DNA of 64,000 nt from the human T2T-CHM13v2.0 reference genome, Homo sapiens, in the NCBI RefSeq assembly GCF_009914755.1, contig NC_060937.1; one strand, written 5' to 3'. The notes beneath the pieces are model-generated. The model did not search any database. It was not told where the DNA came from and worked only from the letters and a program-made list of their open reading frames with translations. Shown here one piece after another: positions 13,621 to 28,275 of the stretch (its first letter is position 1; the number at the start of each line of letters is the position of its first letter). Both the position numbers and the translations under genes were made by a program.

Positions 13621-16600
13621 TTGGTCTAATAATTTTTGATATTTTATAGTCACTGGTTCATAATCTCTAGGAACCACTTTGAAGTGAACACGTCCGTCTC
13701 AGTTTTTGTGAATATTGACTTGTTTAGCTCATTAAAAAGTGGATTCCATTTTGGAAAGGGTAATTTTATCCTACTTTCAAGCTAATTAATGTAAATAAAA
13801 CTTAAAAATAAGTTTTAGAAATTTACTTCTACATCCAGTCATATGGCAGTAATTACTGCTTATTGAGAGGTTGCCAAAATGTATTTGATAGTTTTTTAAT
13901 AATTATCTCCTTTGAAGTAGCATACTACAAGTTTTCAAAAATATAGTTATCTCTTTGGTATTCTGGGGTTGACAATCACTCAGGATAGCTTTTAGGTTAC
14001 ATATTTTGGACCACAATACTTTATAGCATAATGTTCTGCATGGTGTTGATAAAGAAAATGAGCTATAAATTCCTTTCTCAAGCCTACGTGCTAATCCCTG
14101 TCACAGATTCTGTAAAGCACAATCCTCTACATACGCTAGTGCTTACTAACATTTTTTATCCAACTTCACTGAGGCCAATCATGAAGAATGAGCATCCTAT
14201 CTATTTTTTTCTAACTATAAATATAAAGAAGACAGAAATATACAAAGCAAAAAATACACTAATTGTATTTTAAGTGAACTATTAAAAATATTTTTAAATG
14301 AATTGACCAAAACATAACTATAAAGTTAAATATAATAATACTTACAAATATTCTATTTCCCTGATTTGGAAATACATTTTCGGTATAATATAGACAAATA
14401 CTGATTTAATATATTTTCACTTTTACCCACTGAAGACTAGTATTTAATTTACTAGTGCTTCCACTGTGGAATCTCTATTGTAATCCATACATGATATTCT
14501 AGTCATGTCACTGACATTGGAGTAAGTAAAATTTTGGTGTTAATATATCCATAACCTGAAGAAGAACCCATATAAACTATTATCTCTGACAGAAACACAT
14601 GGCCCCTCTTGGACATCAAATCTCTGGTGTGTGTTGCAAATTTTCCTACATCATAATCGTCACATTTTTAATAAAAATTGGAGGGATTACTTAATTCATG
14701 ACTACTTATGTTTGCTCATAAGGGAAACATATTTTTCTCAGTTATTTATGTTAGTAAAAGGTTGTTTATCTTGTTGTTTTCATAAGAAATTTTGTATTTA
14801 TCCGTAATCAATTTATCTGTAAATTTGAGCAAAGATACTCCTTTCAGCATTCACAATATATGAAGTCCATAAAAATTTGGGGTCAGAATGGTAGCGCTTA
14901 TCTAGTAGATCTTCAAGTGTTTCTTATAGAACATGGCTTAAAGTAAAATTACAGAGCCAGATAATCCTGAGAACAACTCACATTGTTTAGCATTTACTGT
15001 TTTTTTTTCTACATTTGGTTTCCCACATAATTAACCAAAATACCTTTGTTATTATATTTTTTGCTGGTATTTTATCATGGCATTATTTTTGTAACACATA
15101 GTATAACCTAGTTGATGTAGTCTTAACAAAAGTTTTAAACAGTTTATATACATACAGTTGCTAACACTTTACTTTCACACATACACACACAGTACTATTC
15201 TGAGGCTGTATGTGTTTGCATTCATACAAGGCTGTGTTTATGTGTCCCATGGAAAGCAAATAGTCTCTCCATTGCCTAATTTTCTAAAATTCCTTGTTGA
15301 GAGTGATGTCACATCTGTATGTAAGTGTATGTATACACATATGTGTTTGGTTTTGTACATACATATAGATACTCACATAGGTGCATAAGATATATGATGG
15401 TGCTAATTAGAATCACCTAAAGAGATTTTAACTTATAATACTAAAACAATAAGAATTGTAAAGAACTGCTTACTTTTTAGCTTAGTCCGTGTCATTTAAC
15501 AAGTCTTTCACGTTCTCAAAGCTCAATACATTTTTGTCCAGTTGACACAAGAAACTCTAATTTCTCTGTTAGGTGTCCTAAATAGCCACAAGTTTGCAAT
15601 ATGAGAAGAAATCAAGAGGGGAAAATAAAATTTCTATGGCTTTAAATCAATGATCCTTCTCGAGAAATACCTTAAAAACTTGCCATGAAACTGTTTTACT
15701 GTTGCGTCTCCAGGATTCTGCTTCATTGCTCATTTGTAAAAACAAACATTTGCCATGAAGACATAACTGCCAATTCAGCTTAAATAAGACAAATGAGATA
15801 ATGAGACCAGTGGCAGATTTGAGTTGACAAATCCTAGAGAATGCCCAGCTCTAAGTAAAAAGCTTTCCTTTCCTGCCAAAAGGTCTATATGCTAATACTA
15901 ACTAATTTGCCAATGCAGGCTCTACATTGTTTGACAATAGCTGAGCATCCCAATTTGTTACAGTTGTGACATCAATTTGGATGTAAAGTGTAGTTCGATC
16001 TGGTAATCTATGCAACCTCTTAACCCAGCAACCAATCACACAGATGCATACTTTGTACTGAAAAGGCTTAGAAAGCAGAGAGGTTTTTTTGTTTGTTTGT
16101 TTGTTTGTTTTGTGTGTGTGTTTGTGTTTTTTTTTGAAAGCTCAGGATATATGAATATTGAGAGCATAATAGTATGGACACTATAATACTGTGACTCTCA
16201 CCTGCTCATATCCTGGTTACAATAATAAAGGTGAAATAAAATATATTATTTACTTTAACGTAATAGGATCATTCAGGATATTTGCTCTGGCCTAGTTATT
16301 CAAATATCTATAACTTAACCACCAAATTGATGGATTTTGAAAGGTCAATTTAGAATGTCACAAAAAGGTTTTTGTTTTTTTCTTAAATCTTCATAGAGTT
16401 CTGAAATAACCACAGGTATTGATAAATGCATATACATTTTAATCAGTTTTCTTAATTATTTAAAATAGGAAGGTGTCTATGTTTTATCTTACTCTTCATA
16501 ACCTTTGCTATAGTATATTATACTAGAAATAAATTAATATTTCACTTTGAAGAAATATTGCATTTAAAAATTAACAAAATGGGTGCTTGGAGTTTGGAAT

Positions 16601-17130
16601 GCTTGCTTCATTACTTTAAAAACTATCCTAAATTAAGCAATAAAAATACCATAGTTTTATAGGGGGAGGAAAATTATCATTAAAAAATGTTTATTTTAAA
16701 TGAATACAAATTGATGTGGCTCATTCATTTAAGAAGTAGACTGGAAATTCAAGGCCTTAATTCAGACTTTGTAAACTGCACTGAGAGATTCAGTTAGTGA
16801 CAGATCACCAAAAGTGAATGCACAACACTTTGTAATTACAAAATTATACTAATCCTACCATTATGAAATTAGTTTTTTAAAAAAGTTTGCCTGCCCTGAG
16901 AAAACCACATTTAAACAACAACAACCATGAAACAGAGAAGATTTTGGTACATTTTTTGACAATTTACGATAATATTTGAAAACTTCTTTAAATAGAAAAC
17001 CTTACTTCAAATTTAAAATAAGTTTGTAGAAGATATAGGAGCTTAAAATACTTTAAAATCACAAAAATATTCAGAATTTTGACAAAAAAATTAATTCTCA
17101 TCTACTGAGTATTATTGAGGGAGAAAATAA

Positions 17131-17478
<348 letters not shown>

Positions 17479-17631
17479 TAACAATGTATTAAAAAATAAT
17501 TCTACACTCTGACTGTAAATGATAATATTTATAGAAACATAGAATCGCAATAAACTTGGAAGTCATATGAATTCACTTTCAGACAAATGTGAAAAATGTG
17601 AATTTAATACTTGAATATTTTCTATCACAAG

Positions 17632-20300
17632 TGCGGTAGGTAGCCTCTAAAACAGCCCCTGATAATTTCACATCCCAGTATGCATGCCCTTATGCAATTT
17701 CCTTCCTTTGATTATGTGCTAGACTGAGTGACTCACTTCTAATGAATAGAATATGGCAAAAGTTGTGGATGCCACTTCTAAAATTAGGTTACAAAAAGAT
17801 GACTTTTATCTTGCTTGCCCTCTCATTCACTTGCTCTGGGGAGAGTAAATTGCCATGTTAAGAGCTACCCTATTGAGAAACCATAGGCTAAATAATGCTG
17901 TCTACAAATAACATGTGTCACAGAAATCTGAGGCCTGCAAAAAGTCACATGAATGAGCTTGAAAGTATTTCATTCCCAGTTGAGCCTTGATTGTAGCGTT
18001 TGAAATACTCTGAATCAAAGGTGCCTAGGTAAGCCATCCCTAGATTCCAAACCCATGGAAACAAGAAAATGACAAATGGTTGTCGTTTTAAGCTGCTAAA
18101 TGCTGGAGTTGTTGGTTATATAATATTAGATACCAGTACAAGTTTTGCTACCTAGAAGTGTTGTGCTGCCGTAATAAATATCTAAAACCGTGAGAGTAGT
18201 TTTTGAATCAGGAAGTGGGTTAAGACTGGAAAGATTTTGAGGTTTCTTTGGAAAAGCCAAGTTTCTTTGATGAGACTCTCAGTAGAAATCTGGACTTTGA
18301 GGAGATTGTTGATGAGAACTCAAAAGGAAATGATTAAAATTATTGAAAACTGGAGAAAGGGGAATCCCTGTTATATAGTGGCAGAAAAGTTGACAACACT
18401 GTCATTTGTAGTTATGTGGAAAGATGTGCCTAATAAACCATGAACTAAGGATCTACCTAAGCAAGTTCTCAAGCAAAGTGCTGAGGTTGCCATCTGGGTT
18501 TTCCTTACTGCTAATAGTAAAATGATATAAAGAAGATATAAACTGATGGAAAAACTGTTACATAGAAATGAATCCTATCTTTGTTATTTTGAAACAAAAC
18601 AAAACATCCTTATCCTCTTCTGATGGCAAAAGATGCCAAAGTTAAATGTTTTTTTAAAAAGTTCAAATCCAGGAGCCTGCCAGGAAAATATGAACAAGAA
18701 AAGGGACTCAAGGATGTATCTGAAAAATCTTTTCTTAAGTTAAGTTCTTAGAAGTTCGAAGGTGGTGCCTCAAAGTACTCATTATTTCTACAAAAGGCCC
18801 TTAAAAAGATTAAGAGTGTACCTCACAGTTCCTCCCAATCAACAGCAGACCCTCTAAGAAAGTTAAAGTGTTTGTCTTCAGCTCTCCTAGCAGAAGCCCG
18901 GGGTACTGAAAGGCTATCTCAAAGGCATTTATGGATGTGGCTTTGTCTAATGGAGTTTAACCCAGTGAGATTCACCAGCGGTTGAAAAAGTTCTTGAAAA
19001 ATTGATAGTAGAAACATTGCTAGCTTGGACTGGGAAAAAAGAAAAAAAACGGAAAGTACAGAATGAAAATAGTTTGTTGTACCTCCAAAATTCTGCTGTC
19101 AAGAGGAAGAGAGAAAACTATTCACCTGCAAACAAATGCTATTTTTTATGAGAATCGAGAGATGACTCAGAAGGCAGAACCAAGATCCCAGGAAGCAGAA
19201 TTGACAGGCATGAAGATTTATTCCCAGGCCTTGATATCTAATCAGAGAACTTTCATTATTTCCCTGGCTAGATTTCAGAATTGCCACGGACCAGAGACTC
19301 ATTTGTGTCCTCCTTATTCACTCTTTTTGAATAGGAATGTTTTTAGAAGTTGTCCTCTGTTTGTCCCATTATTTTATGTTAGATGTATGGGGCATAAGAC
19401 AATTTGTTTCCTTGGTTTCACAAATTAAGAGGAACCACAGACAGACATGTGTTTAGATGACAATGAAATGGAGCTACAATCTATGAAATTATGACTTAAA
19501 CCTCAAAATAAGAATTCCTCCCAGGCGGAATGATAGCTATAACCATGGTAATCCTGCTCACTATGAGAGAAATTACACTCAAAGTGCTGTAGTTAGGGAA
19601 TTATCTTAAGAGTCTTGTGCAGAATTGGACCTGATTTAGATGGCAAGATTCTGGACTTTGAGCTGCTGGTATAATGGTATGTCACTTTTGGTGACCATGA
19701 AGGGGTGGAGTACATTTAATATGTGAAAAAAAAAACATGAATTATTGGGATCCAGACATTCAACTGTGAAGACAGTTTATAAGATGGCCTCTAATAATTC
19801 CATATATTGGTATTCATACACTTGTATAATCTCCTATATTTAATTGCAGGCAATATCTAGTGATTTACCTGTAACAAATAGAATATGGCAAAAGTGATTA
19901 AATGTCACTTCTGTGATTAGGTTATAAAGATACTATTACCTCTGACTTGCTGGAGTTCCCTCCCTTAGGGAAAAGCCAGATGCCATATTTTAAGCTGCCT
20001 AACAGAGAGGCCCACATGGTAAGAAACTAATATTTCCATTCCACTGCCAGGTTTCCATCCAACCTAAGGCCTGCCAAAGTTCACATGACTTTACTTGAGA
20101 CTCTCTCACTTGAGCATTGAGATGGCTAGATGACCACAGCACTAATCAACCTCCTGAATGCAGCTTGGTAAGGGATCCTGAATGGGAAGCTCTAAGCTAA
20201 ACTGTGCTGATCTATGATCCACAGAAACCATGAGATACCAAATATTTGTTGTTTAAGCTACTAAGTTTGAGGGTAATCTGCTATGCAACAACAGATCACA
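17632..20300 (+). mobile_element. Complete MLT1F-type MaLR provirus (LTR 17632-18140, internal 18141-19764, LTR 19765-~20300)
   Basis: Two homologous LTRs share AATAGAATATGGCAAAAGT, TTAGGTTA and TTTAAGCT..CTAA; the internal part begins with MaLR-int TACCTAGAAGTG..TGCTGCCGTAA; ACAAG flanks both ends. Confidence 0.85.
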
Positions 20301-20439
20301 AGTAAAACTAAAAAATATATTTGACAAAGTAATTATTATATAATTCATATATTTTATAATCTTTTAATAAAACTAAACTGGAATACATTTCTCAAAATAT
20401 TATCAACCAGACAAAATTTAAAAGAAAGACATGATATAC

Positions 20440-20660
20440 TCATATTTTCTGAGCACCCATTTTGTTGGTAGAGTTTTATGTATCATTTTTTCTAATAAGC
20501 ACATGTACCTTCTGTAGAATGCACACCAAATTCATTTTATTATTGTGTAAATGGGGTCAATGCAGTTAAATAAATTACCCAAGATCAAATAATTAGCACG
20601 TATTGACGCTTGTTTTCAAACAGAAATGTTTAATTTAAAAGCCCTTGTATCTGCTACTAC
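20440..20660 (-). mobile_element. MIR
   Basis: TTCTGAGCACC..GTTAAATAAATTACCCAAGATCAAATAATTAG matches the antisense MIR core. Confidence 0.55.
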
Positions 20661-22233
20661 ATTATGTTACATCTATTAGTCTTTTTCATTTTATGCATAG
20701 AAGCTCTTAATTATTGAACTTTTTAGACCATATTTAAATTTTCTCCTTTCTAAGATAACTTCAACTGATTTAATTCTTTAAAAATATGGTGTTTTATACA
20801 ACCCAGTCACTGACTCAGTATCATTTGTTCGTAAACTCAGATTTATTTGAATGACTCACAAGAAAATATGTTTCCAATACAAGTTTAGTTAGCTCTCAAG
20901 GGAACAAAGCAGCGCATATGACCCATAAAAAAGTATCACTTTCACCCATAGATTTCATAATATTCATGGCTCTCCAGGATCTCCTCTGTACAGGCAATGT
21001 TTGACTGCAAAAGTAGAGGCTGAACTCACAGACTACTAGAACTTAGGGAAGCAACCACTTTCCTTCTTCACCTAGCTTTTCCTAAAGCTACTCTAGCAAT
21101 ATGGGTCACGTCATATCCTTTCCAGGGCAGCCACAACTCATTCATGGAGTTTAACAATAAAGAATTCTGATAACCAAGTACAATTTGCCTGGTATGTCAT
21201 TGAGCTGAATGCCAGAGGTTTGCAGGGGACAAAGTTGCAAGATGGCAAATCCAGAGTCATATTCTCTGCTGCTTCTGGATATGGTGTAAAAATTCATTCC
21301 CACTGTGAACCCTTTAACACCAATCTAACTTTGCATTCTGGATAAGTCAAGTCATATATCATTTTAATACAATTTTATATCTCTTTTCAAAAATGTCTAT
21401 TTTTGATGTTGTAAACAGAAAAGATTTTTATGTCTATAGCTGATGAAGTATGTAAAATTCAAGTAATATTAGTATGAGTGACAAAATATTTTGGTCTTAA
21501 CCACAGTTTTTACAAGTTTTAAGTAATTTTTAACCAATTTTATTTTACTTTTTATCTCTTCATTTATTAGCCGTTATACTTTTCAACAGATAAAGATGAA
21601 AGATGCATATCAAGTTATTCTGAAACTAAATTCATTTCCTCTTAAGTCAGTTTTCATGACAGCTACAACAATTAGGAATTGCAAATCAGTTTTTCCAACT
21701 AACTTTCCATTCTGTGGTTTCTCATTAGAATATTTCCTCTTCTCCTTACTTTTTTCAAACAACCACAAATCCTTTATTACACCAATTAACCAGTAGATGT
21801 GTTATTAAAATAATGATTTGTATACAAAATGTATATTAACAATATGCCAATGGTGTCTAATTTATATTATGTTCAGTAAGACAAGTAGTTATTTCAAGTC
21901 ACTGTGCATTAATTGGGGGCCTGTTAAGTTTACAGCTCAGCCATATCCAGCTACAAAACAAATCAGCTTTGACAAATATTGTATTATAAACATCATTGTG
22001 TTCCATGGTACATCTACTTCCCACTGGGATGAGATGTTGCTTATTATATTTTGCCCAGTTCCCACCAATTGTCTTAACAGGAAGTCTTTCTTAATTAATT
22101 CTTCTCTGGTGATGTCCTTCACAGCTTGAACTGGTGTGAGCTCCTCTAGCACGGATTCCAGTTACTGGCTTCACAACATATTTGATTCCATGGTTGTCAA
22201 CATATAAGATGACAGCTCATCCTGGGTCATCCA

Positions 22234-24690
22234 AACTGTAATTTGGATGGTTGTCTCCTCCAAATCTCATGCTAAAATTTAATCCCCCATGTTGGAGGTT
22301 GAGCTTAATGGGAGGCATTTGGGTCACAGGGGTAGATGACTCATGAATAGATTAATTCCCTCCCTGGAGGGGCAGGATGGCTGAGTAAATTATCTGAGTA
22401 AATTCTCTTGTGGAAACTCTATTAGTTCCCACAAGAGCTGGTTGTTAAAAGGAGCCTGGCACATTCAGGCTTGCTCTCTTTTGCTTCTTTATTCACCGTG
22501 TGAAATCTGCACATGCCAGGCCCCATCGCCTTCCACTATGAGTGGAGGTAGTCCAAGGCCCTCAACAGAGGCAGATGTTCATGCTATGTTTTTTTTTTTT
22601 TTTGTACAGCCTAAAGGACTATAAGCCAAATAAACTTAAAAAAAAATGTAAGTAAATAGCAATACAAATAGTGGACTAATATGGAAAACTGATACTGAGA
22701 AATGAGATGTTCATATAAGGATACCTGAAAATGTTAAAATCGTTTTGCAACTGGGTAGTGGACAGAGGTTGGAAGACTTTGGGGGCTCAGAGGAAGACAG
22801 GAAATTGAAAGAAAGATTGGAACTTCTCAGAGATTGGTTAAGTGGGTGTGACCAAAATGTTGACAGACAGTAAGGCCCATGCTAATGAGGTCTCAGATAA
22901 AAATGAAAGACTTATTGAGAAATGGAGTAAAGGTTACCCTTATTATGCCATACCAAAGAACTTGGCTGCATTTTGTTCATACCTTAAGGCTTTGTTAAAT
23001 GCCAACCTTAAGAGTGATGACCTAGGGTATCTGGCAGAAAAAACTTCTAAGCAGCAAAGCATTTAAGATGTGGTATGTCTGCTTCTAACAACCTAATTCA
23101 GATGTGGGAGAAAAGGAACAATCTAAAGGTGGAATGTATTATTAGAAGAAAAGCAGAGCATAAACATTTCTAAAATTCACAGCCTGACCATGTGATATTG
23201 ACAAGAAGAATGTTTTTAAGAGATGACTCCAAGGGTGCTGTGGAGCAACCAGTTGCTAGAGAAAATAGCAAGCATAAAAGAGTGCCAGGTGCTAATAGTC
23301 AAAACAATGGGAAAAAGACCCTGAAGATATTTCAGCAATTTTTGAGGCCACCTCTCCTATCACAGTTCCAGAGACCTAGGAAGACAGAAAAGTTTCGGGG
23401 GACAGGCCTAGGTGCTACTGCACTATACTACCTGGGGAAGCTTCTCTCTGCATTCCGGTCCTTCAGTTTGGATCACCTATGGCTTAAATGACCCCAGGTA
23501 TGACTTAAGCCACCACTCTTGGGGGAGAATTTATAGGCCTTGGTGGCATCCACATGGTATTAAGTCTGCAGGTGCCCAGAATGCAAGAGCCATGGGAGCG
23601 TGGCAGCTTTCATCTACTTTCAGCTGATGTATCAGAAAGCCTTAACTCCTAGGCAGAAGCCTATCACAGGGGCAGAGCCTCCTGAGAGCCTCTACTAGGG
23701 TAATGCCTAGTGGAACCGTGAGAGCAGAATTGCCAACCTCCAGATCCCAGAATTGTAAAGCCACTGGCAGCTTGTGACATCAGCCTCAAAAAGCTGTTAA
23801 GCATTTGACTCCAACCCATGAGAGCAGCTGTGAGGTCTGTGCCCAGCAAGACAATGGTGGCAGGGCACCCAAGGCTTTAAGAGCCCACGACTGGCACCAG
23901 TGTGCCTGGAATGTGGGATATGAGGTCAAATATTATTTGGGGGCTTTAAGATTTAAGGCCTACATTGCTGGGTTTTATACTAGTGTGGGACCTATTACCC
24001 CTTTCCTTTGGCTGATTTTTCCCTTTGGTAATATAAATGGTTACCTAAGTGCCTGTAAGCCTTTGCATCTTGGAAATAAATAACTTAGTTTTTATTTTAC
24101 AAGCTCACAACTCTAAGGAACTTACTTTGAGTCTGAGATGAGACTGTTGACTTTAGGCTTTTGAGTTGATGGTGGAATAAGTTAACAATTTTGAGAACTA
24201 TTGGGATGGAATGATTGTATTTTGCACTATGAGAATGCTATAGTTTGGCGGAATGCTGTAGTTTGGATGTTTGTCCCCTCTAAATCTCATGTTGAAGTTT
24301 GACCCCAATGTTGAAGGTGGGGCCTAATGGGAGGTGTTTGAGTCATGAGGCAGTTTCCTAGTGAATAGATTAATGACCTCATAAGGGTGAGTGTGAGTGA
24401 GTTCTTGCTCTAATAGTTACTACTTCCTGCCAGAGCTGGTTGTTTAAGAGTCTAGCACCTTCCTTGTCTCTGTCTCTTGCTTCCTTACTCACCATGTGAT
24501 CTCTGCACATAACAGCTCTCCTTTGCTTTCCACCATGAGTGAAAGCAGCCTGAGACTCTCACTAGAAACCAATGAGAGTAGTGCCATTCTTCTTGGAAAT
24601 CCTGCAGAATTATCAGCCACATAATCCTCTATTCTTTATAAATTGCCAAATTCAAATATTTATTTATAGCAACACAAATGGCTAAGTGTC
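22234..24690 (+). mobile_element. Complete MSTB1-type MaLR provirus (LTR ~22234-22683, internal 22684-24253, LTR 24254-~24690)
   Basis: Both LTRs share AAATCTCATG..TGAATAGATTAAT..AGAGCTGGTTGTT; the internal region has typical MST-int motifs (GATACCTGAAAATG, GAGGAAGACAGGAA, GAGGTCTCAGAT, TCTAAGCAGCAAAGCATT). Confidence 0.9.
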
Positions 24691-27346
24691 ACTCAGCAAA
24701 ATTGCCTTATTATTTTATGGATAGATTTTCTCTAAACACTTATTGTTTATCATCTTTCCAAGTATTGCCAGGTTTGACTAGTTTCTTGCCAAAGTCATCC
24801 CTCTAAAATTTCTATATTGTAATATATTATGTACTTTTCAACGTTGTGTAATACTTCTAAAAACGTTTTTTCTGCCTGGCTCAAAACAGATAGCTACAAA
24901 TCAATGGTTCCTGAACCCCTACAAGATCACTGGGGCTGGTGTTGACTTTGCCACTACACTTGCCATTGCTACTATTGAGTATAAGTATAGTCTAGAAAAA
25001 TTGTATTTGCATCCCCCATTTTTATTTATTAATAAATCATTAATTTGCACATTCCACTCCTAAAATCTACTCAGTCTATGTGTGCCATAAGAACTGCATA
25101 ATTAGAGTTTTTTTGGAGTTCTAAAAGAGAACAGCAGTGAGGGTGTACTCTGTATTATCCCTATATTAGTCCCTGTCATTATGATCAACCCATTATCTTC
25201 CTCATTATGTTTCAAATCATGTTATTAAGTTCATGCACATTCACATTTATTACATTTGAAACAGCAAAGCAGGCTCTGGCATATCAGGCAAGCTGCAGCA
25301 ATACAAAATCCCTCATATATAGGCAACTGCTTCAACAATGTGTCACGCTGGTGCACAGATCACATGTGTACATGAGATCAATTATTGTATAATCATAAAT
25401 CTGTGCAATTCAAATATAATGTCTTCAGATTTAAGCATGAAAAATGGATTAGTGAACATAATCTATAAACATTTAACCAAAAGAAGGTTCCAGTGACCGA
25501 AATTCAGTAAGGCCATTGGACAGTGCTACATGACATGGATTTTTTTGTTTTTGTTTTTGTTTTTTTCATCCAGAATAACCAGAATTAATTTTTGGTAAGG
25601 TTCCTACATCATCTTCAGTCTAACTGACATTTCTCAAAAAGAAACAAGATCGCTGATCTTCCCCAGGGAACACAAACAAACTTCGATCGTTCTCTTGTAC
25701 TGATACAATCTTGAGGGAACAAAAAATTAGCAACTTTCCTGGTATTATCACTCATTTCCAGGTTCCTTTCCTTTAAACTACAATGTTCTCTATTTTTACT
25801 TATCTCCTGACTCTTTCTACCTAGATTGCACTGAGGGGTTCAAGTACGGTGCTCAATCGTAAAACTAGCAGAAGGAATTCTCTTGCGTTTATTCTCACTC
25901 TTGGATTTCTGAGCAACAGCCATTCTTCCGACCAAGCAATGCAGGCCAACAGAAAGTCTTTTCAACCCATGAATTCCTTTGGAATAAGTACTACAAGGTT
26001 TAAAGGCTTAGAGACAATGACTTGTGCCAAAATGTCTTTCCTGATAGTAGCTAACCAATTGAAGCAAGGTGATGGTACTATGGGATCCTACAATAAAACA
26101 GAAATAACTTGTCAAATGATAAAGACAAAGAGTTTTATTATGACATAATGCCCTACACATTAATTCTCACTTCTGCACTGCCAAAGATTCTAATTTAGAT
26201 CTCTCAAGTCTTAAACCCAGTTGTCTAATCCTGCAGGCAAGTTCTCTATTCCTTTTTTTCATTTTTTAGCAAATGTTTGTATTGCTCCTTCCAAGTTCCT
26301 CTCAAACCACTACTTTGAGAGTGAGAATGAAACATAGCCAAACAATATGGTGCTTTTAGCCCATAACCATATCTCAGTCACTGGGAAGTAGGTCTGCTAA
26401 GGTGATAAAATATATATGGGTGCCCCAAATTGAAATAGTCCACATTATCCCTATTCTTCTAAAACTTTCTCAACCATTGCTTCAGTAATGAGAATTACAA
26501 CAGAAAAGTGGAGAATGTACCATTGTCTATCAAATCCTTAAAAATCCTCTCGAGGCTATAGGTAATGGTCTAATTGATCCACCTGATAATCATGGACTGG
26601 GCTCTATCCCTGTGAAATTAATTCCATGATAATTTTTTTTTCTTAAGTCCTGTGTTATTCTGAAGAGTCATAGGCAACTATTGGTACAATAGAAATAAGG
26701 AAATATATCTTCATCCAACCCAGTTTTATAGTCCGGTAGTCCCTATGACAATGCATTTCTTATACTCACTATGCAACTTCAAGTATTGTTTGAAATGTCA
26801 CACTTCACTCTCTTTAGAAATTCCTGCTAGATTTTTTAGGGAGCATCCAACACATCCTATCCTGTCTTTATTCTCTGAGGCTTCAGAAGTCCTCCCAAAA
26901 TTAGAGAACTCCACATTCAGGCATTTTTAATTTTCCAAGTGTCTATCACCTTGTTAATCAATCATACAGGTGGCTGTCACTACTGCCCAAGAAGCTGTAA
27001 AAACCCACACACCACTCAGTACAGTTTTGCCATAAAACAAAATGTACTACTGCAAGTAATTCAGCCGCTTGTACTACTCTTCTGCTTTTTCCATGACTTT
27101 TTTCCTTCACTAGATGAATTGCTAAAATCCCAAATTTTCTGAGAAGTTCTACACACCCTGCCATATACCATGCTTCCAGCATTGTTTCATCAAGATGAGA
27201 GTTATATGGTCAGGTTATTCTGCAATTGGATATGGGAGATTGAAGGGGTCCTTGGGTTGGTTGAAGATGAGGTAAATGGTAGCCAAATCATGTGATTTTC
27301 CTCCTGAGGCACTGCTTCAGTATGTCTGTATGTATACAGTAGACAT

Positions 27347-27347
<1 letters not shown>

Positions 27348-27388
<41 letters not shown>
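27348..27388. repeat. (CA)20 microsatellite
   Basis: Read directly. Confidence 0.97.
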
Positions 27389-27390
<2 letters not shown>

Positions 27391-28275
27391 TTACTTGATA
27401 AATTAACTGTTGGAAGCCTCTTCCTTAGACTAGCCATTATTTTCATCATAGGCTCAGAGTGTCCTTTTTCTGAAATTTTCTAACCTTTTGCCATCTTCAA
27501 ATCCCATGCAACATAATTTAAAAAGCAAACTCCCTACTGTATCCTGTATTCTATTAGTGATGATTGCTGTTTCCACTAGAGCCTAACATCAAATCAATTG
27601 TTTTTATTGAAAGGAGAAGCAGCATTTGGTAGCTCCCAGATGTATATCCTTAGTAACCTGTAGCAGAGGATTGTGGAGGCAAGATCTGACTTCTATTAAA
27701 AAGCCAGATGAGTATGGTGGACAAATTTATAGAATGTCTAATAGCATGTGCTCATTTGGGTCTTATGGCCTCAGTGGTGCAGCACTTTTTATATTCCAAG
27801 TTGTGAAACTCTATTCAGTTCTGCATTTGAATTGTCTTCTTCCTAGTCACTTAGTCCTCCTTTCACTGTACCTATTTTAAGTAGGCAATGAGATTGCAAA
27901 AATTAGGAAGTTGTATAATCTAGAGTGAAAAACAACTACTAGATGTTGAACTGTCTTCTTCATATTCAGATTCTTTAGAAACAGTAGTTCATCTCTATTT
28001 TTGGAAAGATTTTTTGAGGTACCAGGCAAATGATTCTCAAAATTTCACAGGATTCTTGGCAAACTCCTGAATTTTTGAAATGTTTACCTTCAAGAATTCT
28101 CTATAAGACTCATGTGGCTTTTTTGTCAAGTTTTCTTTTGCTTCCTTTTCCAATTCTTCTACTGTTTAATGCCAACAACACAATGATTCAGCCTGCTTTT
28201 CACCAATATCATGCCCCAAACTCTCCTCATAAAATTACAGCAGCCCATGGTGCAATTTAAATACCTTTGACATTG

